NCBI GenBank assembly: GCA_002633005.1
Contig: NMRA01000211.1
Coordinates: 508,790 to 572,789 of the forward strand
Length of the DNA: 64,000 nt
DNA from: Phoronis australis
Lineage: Eukaryota > Animalia > Phoronida
Reading direction: 5' to 3'
The number at the start of each line of letters is the position of its first letter. Positions within the stretch are counted from its first letter, which is position 1. Both the position numbers and the translations under genes were made by a program. Shown in pieces: positions 51,865-64,000 of the stretch. The notes beneath the pieces were generated by a model that was not told the origin of the DNA, did no database searches, and saw only the letters and a list, made by a program, of their open reading frames with translations.

Positions 51865-52342
51865 TTTAAAATATGTTACCTGCTGATGTCGTTTGGATTT
51901 TTGTTGCACTGTTGCGATGTAAAGACAAGATCTCTATGTAGAGAGTTGGAAAAAACTGAGATTAAACTAGTAAAACAGATCAAAGTCGTGTTTTTAATGA
52001 AATATGTCTCTATGTATATACTGACTGTACTTCGGGAGCAAGTTTTCTGTTATACAGAATTTGTTAAATGCACGACACTTTTCATTGTTCACGGTCTTTA
52101 TTCCGTTGCGTTCATACTTTCTGAATAAAACTCTACTCTCAACTGAACATAGATACAGTAACTGACCTAGCGACATAATTAAAAGACACACGATATTTCG
52201 AAACATACTTGTGTCATTCTCAAGTGAAGATAAAATGACACAGTAATGCCACCACAGAGTATAAGCTGACGACACACACAGTGAGACACGGCGGGTGTGA
52301 AATATTGCACAGAATGACTAATGAATTGGGGTAACAAGAAAG

Positions 52343-52723
52343 TCACGCAAACAAGCGTAACGTGCGGCGCGACCCTGTTTGCTGCTCATTCAAAACAGGC
52401 TTCTCAAAAGCAATTAAAAGGGACTCTAATACTTTCAAACGCAGCGCAGCTTGTTCCACGTAGCGAATTGACGTGTTTTCCACAATTTCTTGACGGGTGA
52501 TTTTACGTGCGTGGTATTGCAGAAAATGATCTGGAATGGCGCCATTTTGAAGATGCATGGATAACCGACGGGAAAGACTGCAAACCGTTTGACCAATGTA
52601 ACATTGTTTGACGTTTGAACGAAGACATTCTTTCATAGGGCATACAAATTCATAAACAACACTACACTGTGCAACGGGGCGGACTTTCGCTTTAGAAATG
52701 TTATTTTTCATGACCAAGTTGGA
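52343..52723 (-). CDS. GIY-YIG endonuclease domain, C-terminus of a Penelope-like ORF (5' part lost in gap)
   Basis: VVYEFVCPMKEC...YIGQTVCSLSRRLSMHLQNGAIPDHFLQYH...LKVLESLLIAFEKPVLNEQ; open up to the gap. Confidence 0.85.
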   Translation of the reverse strand, partial: SNLVMKNNISKAKVRPVAQCSVVYEFVCPMKECLRSNVKQCYIGQTVCSLSRRLSMHLQNGAIPDHFLQYHARKITRQEIVENTSIRYVEQAALRLKVLESLLIAFEKPVLNEQQTGSRRTLRLFA

Positions 52724-52886
52724 NNNNNNNNNNNNNNNNNNNNNNNNNNNNNNNNNNNNNNNNNNNNNNNNNNNNNNNNNNNNNNNNNNNNNNNNNNNNN
52801 NNNNNNNNNNNNNNNNNNNNNNNNNNNNNNNNNNNNNNNNNNNNNNNNNNNNNNNNNNNNNNNNNNNNNNNNNNNNNNNNNNNNNN
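52724..52886. other. Assembly gap (N run)
   Basis: Direct inspection. Confidence 1.
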
Positions 52887-53224
52887 CGCACGTTACACTT
52901 GTTTGCGTGACTTTCCTGTTACCCCAATTCATTAGTCATTCTTTGCAGTATTTCACACCCGCCGTGTCTCACTGTGTGTGTCGTCAGCTTATACTCTGTG
53001 GTGGCATTACTGCGTCATTTTATCTTCACTTGAGAATGAAACAAGTATGTTTCGAAATATCGTGTGTCTTTTAATTATGTCGCTAGGTCAGTTACTGTAT
53101 CTATGTTCAGTTGAGAGTAGAGTTTTGTTCAGAAAGTATGAACGCAACGGAATAAAGACCGTGAACAATGAAAAGTGTCGTGCATTTAACAAAGTAATGT
53201 ATATACATATATAATTATTTTTAC

Positions 53225-53299
53225 ATGTATATGCATACGTATACATGTACGTATATGTATATGTATATATGTATATATATATATATATATACATTTTTT

Positions 53300-53341
<42 letters not shown>

Positions 53342-53355
53342 CATGTATATATACA
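53225..53355. repeat. (TA)n/(CA)n compound microsatellite
   Basis: Direct inspection. Confidence 0.9.
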
Positions 53356-54547
53356 GTTTTAAACCAAATAGTGTTTTAATTTTGTAATTAAGAAAGCACG
53401 CAGTTGATAGCGGGAGGAACATTGTTGATGCAGTGCATCATTTTTGTCATTGGTTATTGTGTTTTATTTACATATCACGCTGTTTTTTTGATAGGTAGCA
53501 GTGCATCTTTCGCTTCTGTGATTGGGTTTCTTTTAGTAAGCCGGCTCTTTCCAGTGGCTACAATAGCATTTGCATAGTCTAATAGTACCTTGACCGGCCG
53601 GCTATTATTACGTATTAGCCTCTGTATGTTACGCAGGTTTTGGTGACTAGCGTTTCTCATGTATAGCGGCATTCGTTGACAAGATCTGTATCGCGAATCA
53701 CGTGTTTTCCTCGGAGATGCTGGAATTTTTATATTAAGCACAGACTGTTGGCCAAACTGTTGTAAGTACTGAGTATTATGGCATAGCATGTTGTACTCAC
53801 GTGTATCTACTAGCTGAATTTAGAGCGTATATAGTTGTTCTTTAACGTATAATTTCATTCAGCTGCTTGTTTGGTGTACATGTTGCACGGTACCCAGTTC
53901 ATAGTATATATAGTTACAGGTCGCAGTTAGGCAGTTGTTTGTGCATGGTAATGGTTTCCAATAGTAGAATATAGATAGTACGGGTTCCAGTGTATTGTTG
54001 GCGAGGTACATGTAGTATTTGCCTGTCATAGAGTCATTTTCGCGAGCCTTTCTAACGCTCTTGGTATATAGTGCTTGTTTATTACGCTTCCTTGCCGACT
54101 AGTACTCAGACTGTGTTTTTTTCTTTATTACAGATAACCGCTTTTTCGGTTTCTCCTTTTCAACGCTTGTTCGGACACTTTTCATCGCTTGCAACTAAAT
54201 AATAAAGTGTGTTATGCAAACGGCTTTTAACTTATCCCTGTAGCCAGACGCGGCTACAAACATAATTTTTAGAGCTAGAATATTCCCTTGAATCGTCTTA
54301 CACTTTTGTGAGAATTTGGGCCTGTACTATAATACAGGCCCAAACTGACACAAGCAAAAATTGTTGTGATAACTAGGGCACATTGTGGGATTGTAGTGTT
54401 GACCCAAATTGTCACAAATTTGAAGTTGTGACTATTTGGGATGTTGTGACTATTTGCCGGCCTGCGCAGCCCTTGAGGTTGGGGGTGAATGTCGGCTGGT
54501 GTTAAATATTATTGCACTTTCTACTGCTTCACTTTTGTCACAACAAT

Positions 54548-54626
54548 ACACACACGTACACACACACGTACACGCACACCACACCACACACACACCCACA
54601 CCCACACACACACATACACACACACT
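54548..54626. repeat. Imperfect (CA)n microsatellite
   Basis: Direct inspection. Confidence 0.85.
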
Positions 54627-55999
54627 TACCCCAAATCATGATTGAGGGACAAAGTACTAGATAATTACCGCAACAGTCGCCTCTGTTGGTGATCGTAACA
54701 TGCGTAATTACACAGTATGCCTGTAAGTCTACTTGCCACCACGGGTTCTTCTCTTCATGTACAGTGTGTGTACATGACCCTTGTGTGTACCATCTGGCTT
54801 GGTTACCGTCAACAGCATTTTCAGCAAATCCTTGTAGGTTCGCGGTGCTTGATTGCAGTGCTGTTTTCCTCAGGTCTTAAGAAAATCAAATGCGTATGAA
54901 CAAAGTGAAAATAGTCAATTGTTGAACATCGTTTCATTTGCGGTCTGAAAAACTCCATATTAACCTCTATAAAAGTCACTAGATGTGTTACCATTTCTCT
55001 AGCCCTCACGAACACATCAACGTTTTGAGAATTTTGAGAACGTGACTAGTGTAGCAATTAAACAACTGGGACAGCAAAGCCCGCCAGTGGTACCTTAGCG
55101 TGCAGGTGAGATTGACCGCCTTCCTTCACAGAGCAACCACCAATGAACATCGTGATCGAATTATGCGAATATCAGGAGTGTATATTTGGGTTGTTCTGTG
55201 AGGCTCTTTTCAAAATGAGTAGTGTGTGCTGCCGCCAGCTGGGCGTTTAAAATCGTCACCAAATCAATACTTGGGCTACCGAGCAATACAGTACCAAATG
55301 ACAACTATGACGTTTTTTATTGACCTTCTTACCAGAGATTATCATTTTTTCATTTTACTTAATACGCATTCTCTATCTATTACTTGTAATTGTGTTGGTC
55401 ATTATATTTTGGCATCCTTTTCATCACTGGTAACGAGCTTGTGACGCAGGTATGTATTCGGGACATATATCGATCATAAATGGTATTTCACTCGTTAGAT
55501 ATATTTCTGTGAGCATATTGATACGTCTTACTCCGTTCTATCTCATTTGGGATTAGTCCACTAATGCCTTTGTGCAGGACTACACGTTGCTTTCCCAGTC
55601 TTCTTATTGGGTTATTTTTATCACGTGCCTTTGGTTTGTTCAGCTCAGAAGCTGATGTTTGTCACGTAGTTTAGGCATTCTCTTTGTTATCTAATCTCGT
55701 GTTTCAGGTCTTCTGTGTACGACCGAAAACTTAATTTTCCCACCCCCTACCATCCCCCATTTTCTCGTACCCCCGCGTGACCGGCGCTTTTTATTGCCCG
55801 TAATTTTTTATTTCATTTAGATTGTATTCTCTATGTAATACTTGTTACTGTATTCGCCATAATAAATGACCTTATATCGCCTACCTCGGTCTCCTTTTCA
55901 TCTCTGGTAAGGAGCTTGTGACCCACGTATCATTTTTATATTCGAGACATAATGTCGATCATAAAAAATTCCATCTTACAAAATTACCAGATTTTAAGA

Positions 56000-57270
56000 A
56001 ATCAATAATCGTGCCACAATGAACACCGAATGACACATGACAAACTGTACTCTGGAAAGGGTCGTCAGAGACTCAAAAATGGCGCCCAAAAAGGAGCTAT
56101 CTCATACATTCGGGGTACCAAAATAAACAATTTGGTCTGTCACAAGCGATTTGCTAACCAGTAACTTCTATTTGAATAACATGGGATTTTTTATTGTGGT
56201 ACCTCGAATATATTCTTTTTAGGCGTCGTTTATGAGTTTCTGGCTGACTCTTTCCGGAGGCAAATTTGTCATCCGTTGTTCATTGCCACACGACTGTTGG
56301 TTTTAAGTCAGCCGGCACCTCAAATATCTAATGTAGCTCAAACTTTCAATGGCATACGGTGATTGATATTTTGGGGGATTTCTGTTCAGAGTGTATTTTG
56401 TCTGTCATGGGGCATTTAGTGATCAGATACATGTATTGAATCATATGGAATTGGCTTTTTGGTGTATCTCGAATGTATGAGCTAGTTCATGTTGGGGGGA
56501 GGGTTCTTTTTGGTTTTCTGGAGGACCCTTTCCAGAGTGCAATTTTTCTATCATTGCCATTCGGTGTTCAGTGCTATATGGTAAGTTTTAAATCAATTTA
56601 GCTAGTACCTTGAATATCTAATCTAGCTCAAATTTTCAATCTCATACGGCGGTTGACATTTTTGCTGATTTCTGGGGGGTACAACCCAGAGTGTATTTTG
56701 TCTGTCATGGAGCTTTTAGTGATCAGTGTCATATATTAAATCACATGGAAATGGTTTGTTGCGGTACCTCGTATGTATAAGCTAGCTCATTTTGGGGGGC
56801 CTTTTTGGGTTTCTGACGGAACTTTCCAGAGTGCAATTTGTATGTCATGGGTCATTCACTTTTCTTTGTGGTACTATTGTTCATTCTAAATCGGTTTTGG
56901 CTGATACCTTGAATATCTAATCTACCTCAAATTTTCAATGGCATCTCGTTGGTTGATATTTGGGGTGGGGTTGTGTCGCGCACAACCCAGAGTACATTTT
57001 GTCTGTCATGGGGTATTTAGTGATCAATGACATGAATCAAATGGAGCTGGTTTTGTGTGGTACCTCGAATGTGTGAGCTAGCTAATTCTTTTGGTCATTT
57101 TTGGTTTCTGCCAGACTCATGCCAGAGTGTAATTTGTCTGTCATGGGTCATTCGGTGTTCACCGCGGTACTATTGTCCGTTTTAAATCAGTTTTGGCCGG
57201 TACTTCGAATATCTAATTTAGCTCATTTTTGACCCTCTTATAAGGTTCCCAGGGGTCGTCGCACCCAGAG
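56000..57270. repeat. ~300-bp tandem array (about 3.5-4 units) preceded by one inverted partial unit
   Basis: CAGAGT(G/A)(T/C)ATTTTGTCTGTCATGG recurs at ~56387, ~56687 and ~56988; GGTACCTCG(A/T)AT at ~56198, ~56763 and ~57059. 56010-56120 is the reverse complement of part of the unit. Confidence 0.8.
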
Positions 57271-58197
57271 CGAAAACAATGGTAGACGTCCATTTCTGTA
57301 TATACTGAGGTAGACTCTAAGTGCTCCCATGATCAGGTGTTGGTACCTCGCTCACCCATGGTAAGTGCTCTGGGCTGCCGGTCTAGTAGCCGGTGATGAG
57401 AAACTAAATTTCATCAGAAATCTAAATGCAGTAAGAAAGGAAGTTTGATACGAGTTCTTTCGTTTTCGAGGTCAAGAAATCCGATTCTATTGCTATTTTG
57501 CGAATTTGGAGTATGTAGAATGCACAAAATACAGATTACGTCGCAAACGCGATGTACATGTAGGTATATGGAGTATGTATGCATGCATAGATTTCTATAA
57601 CAATTTCTTTTTTATTGCAAAAACTGGTGCAGATACATAACACAACAACATATAGAACTGTGCAAAAGAACAGGCTTTTAATTGTTACTTCCATCAAATA
57701 TACATGCGAAAAGTAATTTAGTTTCTGTTCTGGCATCTGTTCGATTCTCGGGTTACCGTCATATTTCAAGCACATTTCCAATTCCCCCATTTGTTTGTAT
57801 CATTAAATTTCTGCATGTTTAAAGAAGCGCTGACATCTACATTAAAACACACCCTCAAAATATTAAAGATATGTTAAATTAGGTTAACGTTTGTAGATTT
57901 TGTTTTAAAAATGGGAAATTAAGTTTGTAAAAGGAACCAGTTCAAAATTCTATTCTGCTCATTTCCTGAAGACCAAATATTATGGTGTTTTTGTCTACGT
58001 CGAAATTTACTTGTAGCACCACAGACCCTCCTGGCATATTTAAAGGACAATGTTACCCGATTTAATTAGTCGTTTTATGGTCTTAATCGGTCTGTGACCA
58101 CATCGGATCATACACGGTCGACCTTGCCTTGCCGAGAGGTGTCGCGTTAACCTGTGAGGAACTCCGCAGCGACGTCAGTGGTTCATTTGCAAAGCGA

Positions 58198-58505
58198 GTG
58201 CCGCAATCATGTGGGGTGTCGTTCCCGTTTGTGTGAACTATGAAGCTACAAGGAAAGCGGGTACATCGTTTTTTCGATTTCCTCGAGAGCTCGAAATGCT
58301 TCGAAAGTGGCTAGCGGCAGTGAAAAATGAAAAGTACGGCGTTCATATCTAGTGCGAGGCCATGAAACATCTCCGTGTCTGTGGCCGGAATTTCGTGGAC
58401 AGTGATTTCACAGACGAATCCCGATTTGCCAAACAGTTCATGCCAGGGCAGAAAAAGCAACCGAGGCTGAAGTCAGATGCTGTGCCTAGTGTATTTGCGT
58501 TCGGC
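58198..58505 (+). pseudogene. THAP zinc-finger (transposase N-terminus) remnant
   Basis: VPVCVN...TSFFRFPRELEMLRKWLAAV...LRVCGRNFVDSDF...RLKSDAVPSVF; one internal stop. Confidence 0.8.
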
Positions 58506-58555
58506 ACGCACACCTCTACATTTTAGGCTAGGTGCAAGCATGTTTGATGATTTAT

Positions 58556-58962
58556 TCATTCGTCAGGATTGTGTTTGGTCCTCTGGATGTAGTTCTTTTT
58601 CCCAGCCCTAAAAAAAGTCGTGAGCACACCTCTGTTCAGATGCGGTGCAAAATCAGGGTTATCTGTGAGACACATTTCTGCTTCTCCAAGAAGGCGTTCC
58701 CATGTTGAATTTCGTGGCAACAAACGCAAGCGTGAGTCGTTTCCATTACGATGCATTTAGCGCACTGACAACATGACAAGTCATTGAGACGGTTTTTGGA
58801 ACTATCCATATGCTCCATTGGCTGTGCACGTTCACGGCGCCTCTTTAATATTTCTTGATCAGTGTATTTTGGTTCGATGTGGTATCTTGAGAAACCTAAC
58901 GATCTACCTGGGAAGCCTTCGTCAGATGAGTACTCCTCCAAGTCGGAATTGCGAGATGCCAT
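58556..58962 (-). pseudogene. KolX / P2X7 C-terminal ballast-like Cys-rich protein remnant
   Basis: YHIEPKYT...RLNDLSCCQCAKCIVMETTHACVCCHEI, then after a frameshift CLTDNPDF: the 'C-x-C-x-x-C-x-x-M...C-x-CC-x-E...C-x-T-x-x-x-x-F' Zn-cluster motif. Confidence 0.7.
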
Positions 58963-59599
58963 GTTGACATTTATTACAGAGCGTTCTGTTTCAAAATGAA
59001 TTATTCTTACCCTAACCGATAGTCATATCAAAATGAAACAAAGACTGTCTCATTAGATGCAATTAGTAATGCCTTTGGAGTTTTCGTGAGTGCAAATGGT
59101 TTGAGAAGCCAGCAATGAATAAATCACTGCGTTACCGGCTCTAGGTGCAATAAAACTAATTGACCGGACACCGAGGCCGTGTGAGCGCATGCTAATTTAG
59201 TGTTTGGTGACAGAAACTGTTGTGAAACAATAACACGATTTTCTATACCACGGCTTGGTGTTAGGGCAATCGTTATCTACATATACATTATTCAAATAAT
59301 GATTGTCAATGTACAACTTCTGCCCTGACGGTTCTGTGGCCAAAGGGGAGCCTGAATTCGCAGCCCCTGACGAGTAAATAGATTTGCAGTTTCGTGGCTA
59401 ATTCACCAACAAAATCCCATGCACATTATTTTTTTGGCTCACTAGTATAGTAGTTTTTGACTGGAAGTTTAGTTTCCAACTTTGGCTGGTTTATGTTCGT
59501 GATGTCTTCAGTCCGGTCGCGACGGGCCTGATTGAGTTCCGAGCAACTGGCCCCGGATAACAAGCGTTTTGTTTGTTTAGAACTCAAAAAATCACAAGT

Positions 59600-62160
59600 C
59601 TAAACAACACTGATCTAGGTTCTCCTGTCTGTATTGGTAAGAAGCTCAGATGGGGTCTGGCCACCACTGTACAAGTTGTCAGCCAAATTGGTTATGATGC
59701 CTTTCTCTAGAAGATCGCCAAGGACACGTCAGGCAAGCTCTTCTAATGCTGTTTCTGAACCTGGCATCCCCATAGCACATCTGGCATAGACATGCCATGG
59801 AAGGGGGTTACTACGCCGCAGTACTTCATGGATTCACGAGACAGGGAATTTGATAAAAAAACACTCGTGAGGTCCGTCTTGGCTATAAATCGCCACTGGG
59901 CAAGTTTGCGTAGGACCGAATCTACATCTGGCATGAGTGAGGGTTTGAGTTTGGCATGTCTTCCAACATCCGCAAAGGCTGTCACGAGTCGAAAACCACT
60001 GCTGGTTTTTTTGATCAGGAAGGATGGGTTGAGATACTCAACTTGAACATTCACATCTTCAGGGAGAACAAAGACATCGAGTGCTTCAAGGTCGTGAAAC
60101 TTCTGTTGGAGGTCATGGAGTTTTGTCGGCGAGTACATAGGTAGACGACCTTTGCGTTGGGGCGGCAGAGTGGGACCCATGTTAACAGTGGCTTCCAAGG
60201 GACCAGCAGATCCATTGTAACCGGTAAAATTGGGGGTGACGATAGTAGAAATGGAGGCATGAAGGTGTTCGAAAGAATTCCGGGTGACAACCGGTAAACC
60301 TCCGTCGGGATCGACTGAAACGAAGCGAAAATGCTGGACATGCTGTGTTGTTGGAAAGGGGTTTGGGAGGGTGCTACCATTGTAGTTACAGGTGTGGAGA
60401 CGTGGTGTACCTGACAAAAGTGCTCGTCCTTGCGTAAGAACCGGGATTCATTTGTGTCATTTAGTAGGTGTACCTTGCCTTGGTCAGCAGTAATGATCTG
60501 TGGTGTGGGCCACAAGTCAATAGGGTCGCAACATCGGGCATTTGGGGAATCTGTTCGGGGTTCGATAGCTATATCCTGCTTATGTCCAAGTAAATCATCA
60601 AGGACTTCAATGTCGAAACTGTCTCCTGGCCATAACACAGTAGCTGAAGGAAGGGAACGCAGAACGTGTGTTCTACGGACTAGTGACTGTCTTGACAAAG
60701 ATTTAAAGTGATCATAGCGATAGACATCGACTTTTCCCACACCAACTTCTTTGAATTCCTAACTGGTTGCACGGAGATGTTGTTTCTCACCATGAATGGG
60801 GTAGCAGCAAAGACGTCTACATCAATTTCTTAATAACCAGGCCCTCGAAAATCGATTTGTGGCTATCAAGCATGAAAGTGATCTTGGTTTCACCGACAGC
60901 ATCGAGTGGGGAGACACTGTCAGCTTGGAAAGCACATTGCGTGTTGGGGATGATAGGTGTACCGAGTGATCGGGCACAAGATTCGCGTATCATTTTTCCT
61001 GTAGCACCACAATCGAGAGTAAGCCGTACCGGTTGATTGTGACACATAAAGTCGATGAAAGATGACTGGATAATGTGCACTTGGTTCGTTATGGAATCCT
61101 CGGGTTCACGAATCTCGTCGGGACACTCTGAGAGACTGGGATCATCAACCTTGGAGAAGCGGGCTCTCTTAAAACAGCGTTTGTCTTCTGCGGGTAAATA
61201 GGGACACGGAGACACGTAGTGGACAAACAGGGAGAGATGAGCTTGTTTACACAGAGGACAGGACTTTGCTGGGCTTCGGCGAGGCACCGAGGTTGCCTTG
61301 CAAGAGAGTGCCAACAATGCCTAGGCATTTTTAAGAGTTTGTAACTCATCAAGCAATGGCTGAAGTACCTGAGAAATCTCCGGTTTCATTGATGCAAGTG
61401 ACTTACTTCGGAGTTCGAAACCATATCGCTGTTGAACGAGATGAGGCAAACCTGGGTGAATCAAGAGTAACCATGTGAGGACTGCTAAATTCTCTAAGGT
61501 CGGAGACATCTCCTCCTTGTCTGTGATAAGCACGCCATGTTGTAGAATAGTGTCGTCCGCGCCGAGCGAATTGTCTTCCATGAATGACGTGATTCGCTGG
61601 TACATATCTTCCGGGCGCTCGTCGGGTTGGAGGTGAATATCAGAAAACCCAATGAAATATTCTCCAGATGTCTGAGAGCCGTAATGACTTATGATAGTTT
61701 GCTATATACCGGCAAGTGATGTGGACTGTTTGACAATAGCACTACGCGCAATCACAGAACAATAGTTGGTCAATTGGCCTAGCATGAGGTTTAAGTGGGC
61801 TAGTTTCTGACCGGCTGTGCGTATCCAGGATTCTGAGGTACATCCTCTGTATCGTCAACTAAACCCCTCAAGGGGGCTTAGGGTTTTTGCCATGCATAAT
61901 AGGGTTGAAGAAAGTCCGCAAAATTTGGGTCCCGGGACAGGACATATTGTAATGTTATTCTTCCAGTTATCAAAACTTGTGATTGTTTCACACTTAGTCA
62001 AACACCATTGTTTCGGTGCTTTTGCCATGATTCGATCGTGCCCCTGCCACCACGCTAGTAATAATAAAGGACAACTAGGCTTACGTGAACGTCTGTATTT
62101 TAATCGGACAGAAACCGAAAGGGAAGTAACCAAATTATACATACGAATAAACTACACAAA
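59600..62160 (-). mobile_element. Gypsy/Ty3 LTR retrotransposon, decayed (PBS, gag, protease, RT; 3' part missing)
   Basis: PBS-like TGGTGGCAG at 62052-62044; gag MAKAPKQWCLTKCETITSFDNW from 62028; SPTLENLAVLTWL..IHPGLP.LV.QRYG; CPLCKQA; protease LTLDCGATG; RT EYLNPSFLIKK..GFRLVTAF..KPSLMPDVDSVLRKLAQW..KTDLT, LADNLYSGG. Confidence 0.88.
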
Positions 62161-64000
62161 TGATGGCGCTAAGCACATGTGAATGATATGGCCTGCTTTA
62201 TCAACAATGTTTGCAACTGCTTGCCAAACTGCTCAAGTTTGTAGCATTTCTTGGCGACACTAGTTGTTTTTGTTTTGTCGATTCCAAATATTAGAACAAC
62301 TGTGTCTCAGCCACATATCACACAGATTTCCAAAATTTCGTACATACTATTTGCGTGTCTGCGAGAAGTGCTTTCTTTATCAATACAAGATCGACCTTTA
62401 ATTGTAGATATGCGTAATCGTGGAGGCCTAGAGCTATTCATTTGATTAGAAGCAAAAAAGCAAAGCAGCGCAAAGGCATTATTGTCGTCACACGAAAGAA
62501 TTGCGGCCTTGTTTCATAAGATTAACGCCTTGCTGAATGATAATTACATCTGCCTCTTTGTGGGTCGAGACAAAAACCAGGCAAGATGTTTGGTGCCCCT
62601 TGATTACTTGTTTCTGTGCTTCATGTTTAACTGAATCTTGTGCCACTGCGTTGCTTTCGATAGGTGACCATCTTCACCTAATATCTGTTAGCACGAGCAG
62701 ACATTTAGAAGAACCTTGGTGACTGAGATTTTTATAGTTGTATTGATTCCTGGTAACTTCGTCTTCATTTTAAACTGGTGAAAATGGGTGTTATTTGATC
62801 GTTTCGACCTTGCCGTGCATCAGTCAGTTTAATGACTATAGAACTTCTAATACGCCAATCGTTTCAGTTTTGGGTTTCATGGATAGATATTACGACACTA
62901 CTTCCAGCACAATCGTTTTGAGTTTCCACTTTCTAGGACTGCTATTCTCATTCCTCCGTGAACATAAAACATAGGCAGGGGCATGGACTCGGTGTAAAGC
63001 ATTTGTTGCAGGTTGAGACATCGGTGGCTCATGACAAGGCCAATCTTTCTAGCACACATTTCCTCTTGTTCCATAGCAGCTTTTTCTTCAAAAACACCCT
63101 TTTTAACGGTTAAGTGTAAGCACTTTACTCGGAAGTGAAGTATAAAATATACCGGGCCACGGTACTTAAAAATCTATCTGATCAACACCAATCTCATGAG
63201 ATATTGGGTTGAGCTCCATGTGACGTTCATGACATAACATGTTTTACTTTTTCAAAGCAAATTGTTTCCATATTAAACAAATTACAGATTTTTGTGCGAT
63301 CACGAGTAACAGCACGAATAGTTTTCTCAACACCTGGATTAATTGACTTTCGAGTTCCATTATGGAAAAAGGCATTGTATTTGAGGTAACATATGGCACC
63401 AGCAGCATGTAAATCTGACGGAGCAGGTAGGCAGCTACGGACAGTTGTGCTTCCTCCTCTCTCCGTTATTGATGAAATTCAAGCATGTATGACTGTTGTA
63501 ACCTCAGAGGCAGGCACTGGGTACAGTTTCTATATGTTTGTTTCATACTCATCTAGCACAAGGTTTTGTATCCTTAGAAATGAAACAGGACCTCTGGAAG
63601 TTGAACTCACCATGACTTGATCGCAACCGTTATGGTTTGTGTGTGACGTCTTCTTATGTATGGTCATACTTAGAAATACAGTTTTGAAAGTACGGAAGTT
63701 TCACGTTTGATTCTAGTATCCTAAATAAATATATAAACGTACAATATACAAAGAAATAAACAAAGAAATAAACAAAAACACACAGACACACCTACACAAA
63801 CACATAAACATGAAAAAACAACATAAGTGCATATATTTATGTTTTTTGAAGATTAGTGATTTAATTTTGAAACTCGATCATTCTGCTTAGGTCCAATGGA
63901 CAAAAATCCTCAGAACCGGGTTACCTGACATTTTAAAAAAGAATTCTAATATGTAAAACATTATGCTGAAATTTAGTTTCTAATGACACGAGGTAGCTAT

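Larger units (their letters stand above)
52060..53193 (-). mobile_element. Penelope-like retroelement (Naiad-like CCHH GIY-YIG) 3' end with inverted pseudo-LTR
   Basis: ~305-bp near-identical inverted arms (52060-52366 and 52887-53193) flank the endonuclease ORF and an assembly gap. Confidence 0.85.
58044..59180. mobile_element. Internally deleted Kolobok-type DNA transposon
   Basis: TTAA|AGGACAATG left end; convergent THAP (+) and Cys-rich KolX-like (-) 5' fragments; degenerate right TIR at ~59148-59180. Confidence 0.65.

Noticed and set aside
54319-54346. Hairpin TTTGGGCCTGTA-ctataa-TACAGGCCCAAA
   Set aside because: Best explained as abutting CAGGCC-type MITE ends; no TSD or RNA-gene evidence.
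56000-57270. CRISPR-like array
   Set aside because: Eukaryotic context; units are ~300 bp and similar along their whole length, with no unique spacers.

Overview
AT-rich, intron-containing animal (probably marine invertebrate) genomic DNA; no prokaryotic features such as operons or CRISPR arrays. One apparently intact host gene: an 11-exon spermine synthase-like gene (SMS, + strand, 23385-46226, 378 aa by manual splicing). It has two minor-spliceosome (U12-type, GT-AG) introns and unusual substitutions near the amine-acceptor pocket. Also present: the last two exons of a decayed ELP5 copy, whose splice donor is split by a 3.3-kb CAC...GTG transposon with a 5-bp TSD and two convergent spliced zinc-finger gene remnants, and an orphan fucolectin (F-type lectin) exon. 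Decayed mobile elements: two AcademX (XPG + Cys-rich) DNA transposons with 3-bp TSDs whose terminal variants are swapped relative to the internal ORF, an ISL2EU-type (THAP-DDE + SAP/SWIM/YqaJ) element, a deleted Kolobok (THAP + P2X7-ballast-like KolX), a Jockey/I-like LINE, a CR1-like fragment, Penelope-like GIY-YIG remnants with minimal hammerhead-like motifs, a Gypsy LTR element, MITEs, a tRNA-derived SINE head, a ~300-bp foldback tandem array and microsatellites. All family calls come from manual motif recognition; no database searches were run.
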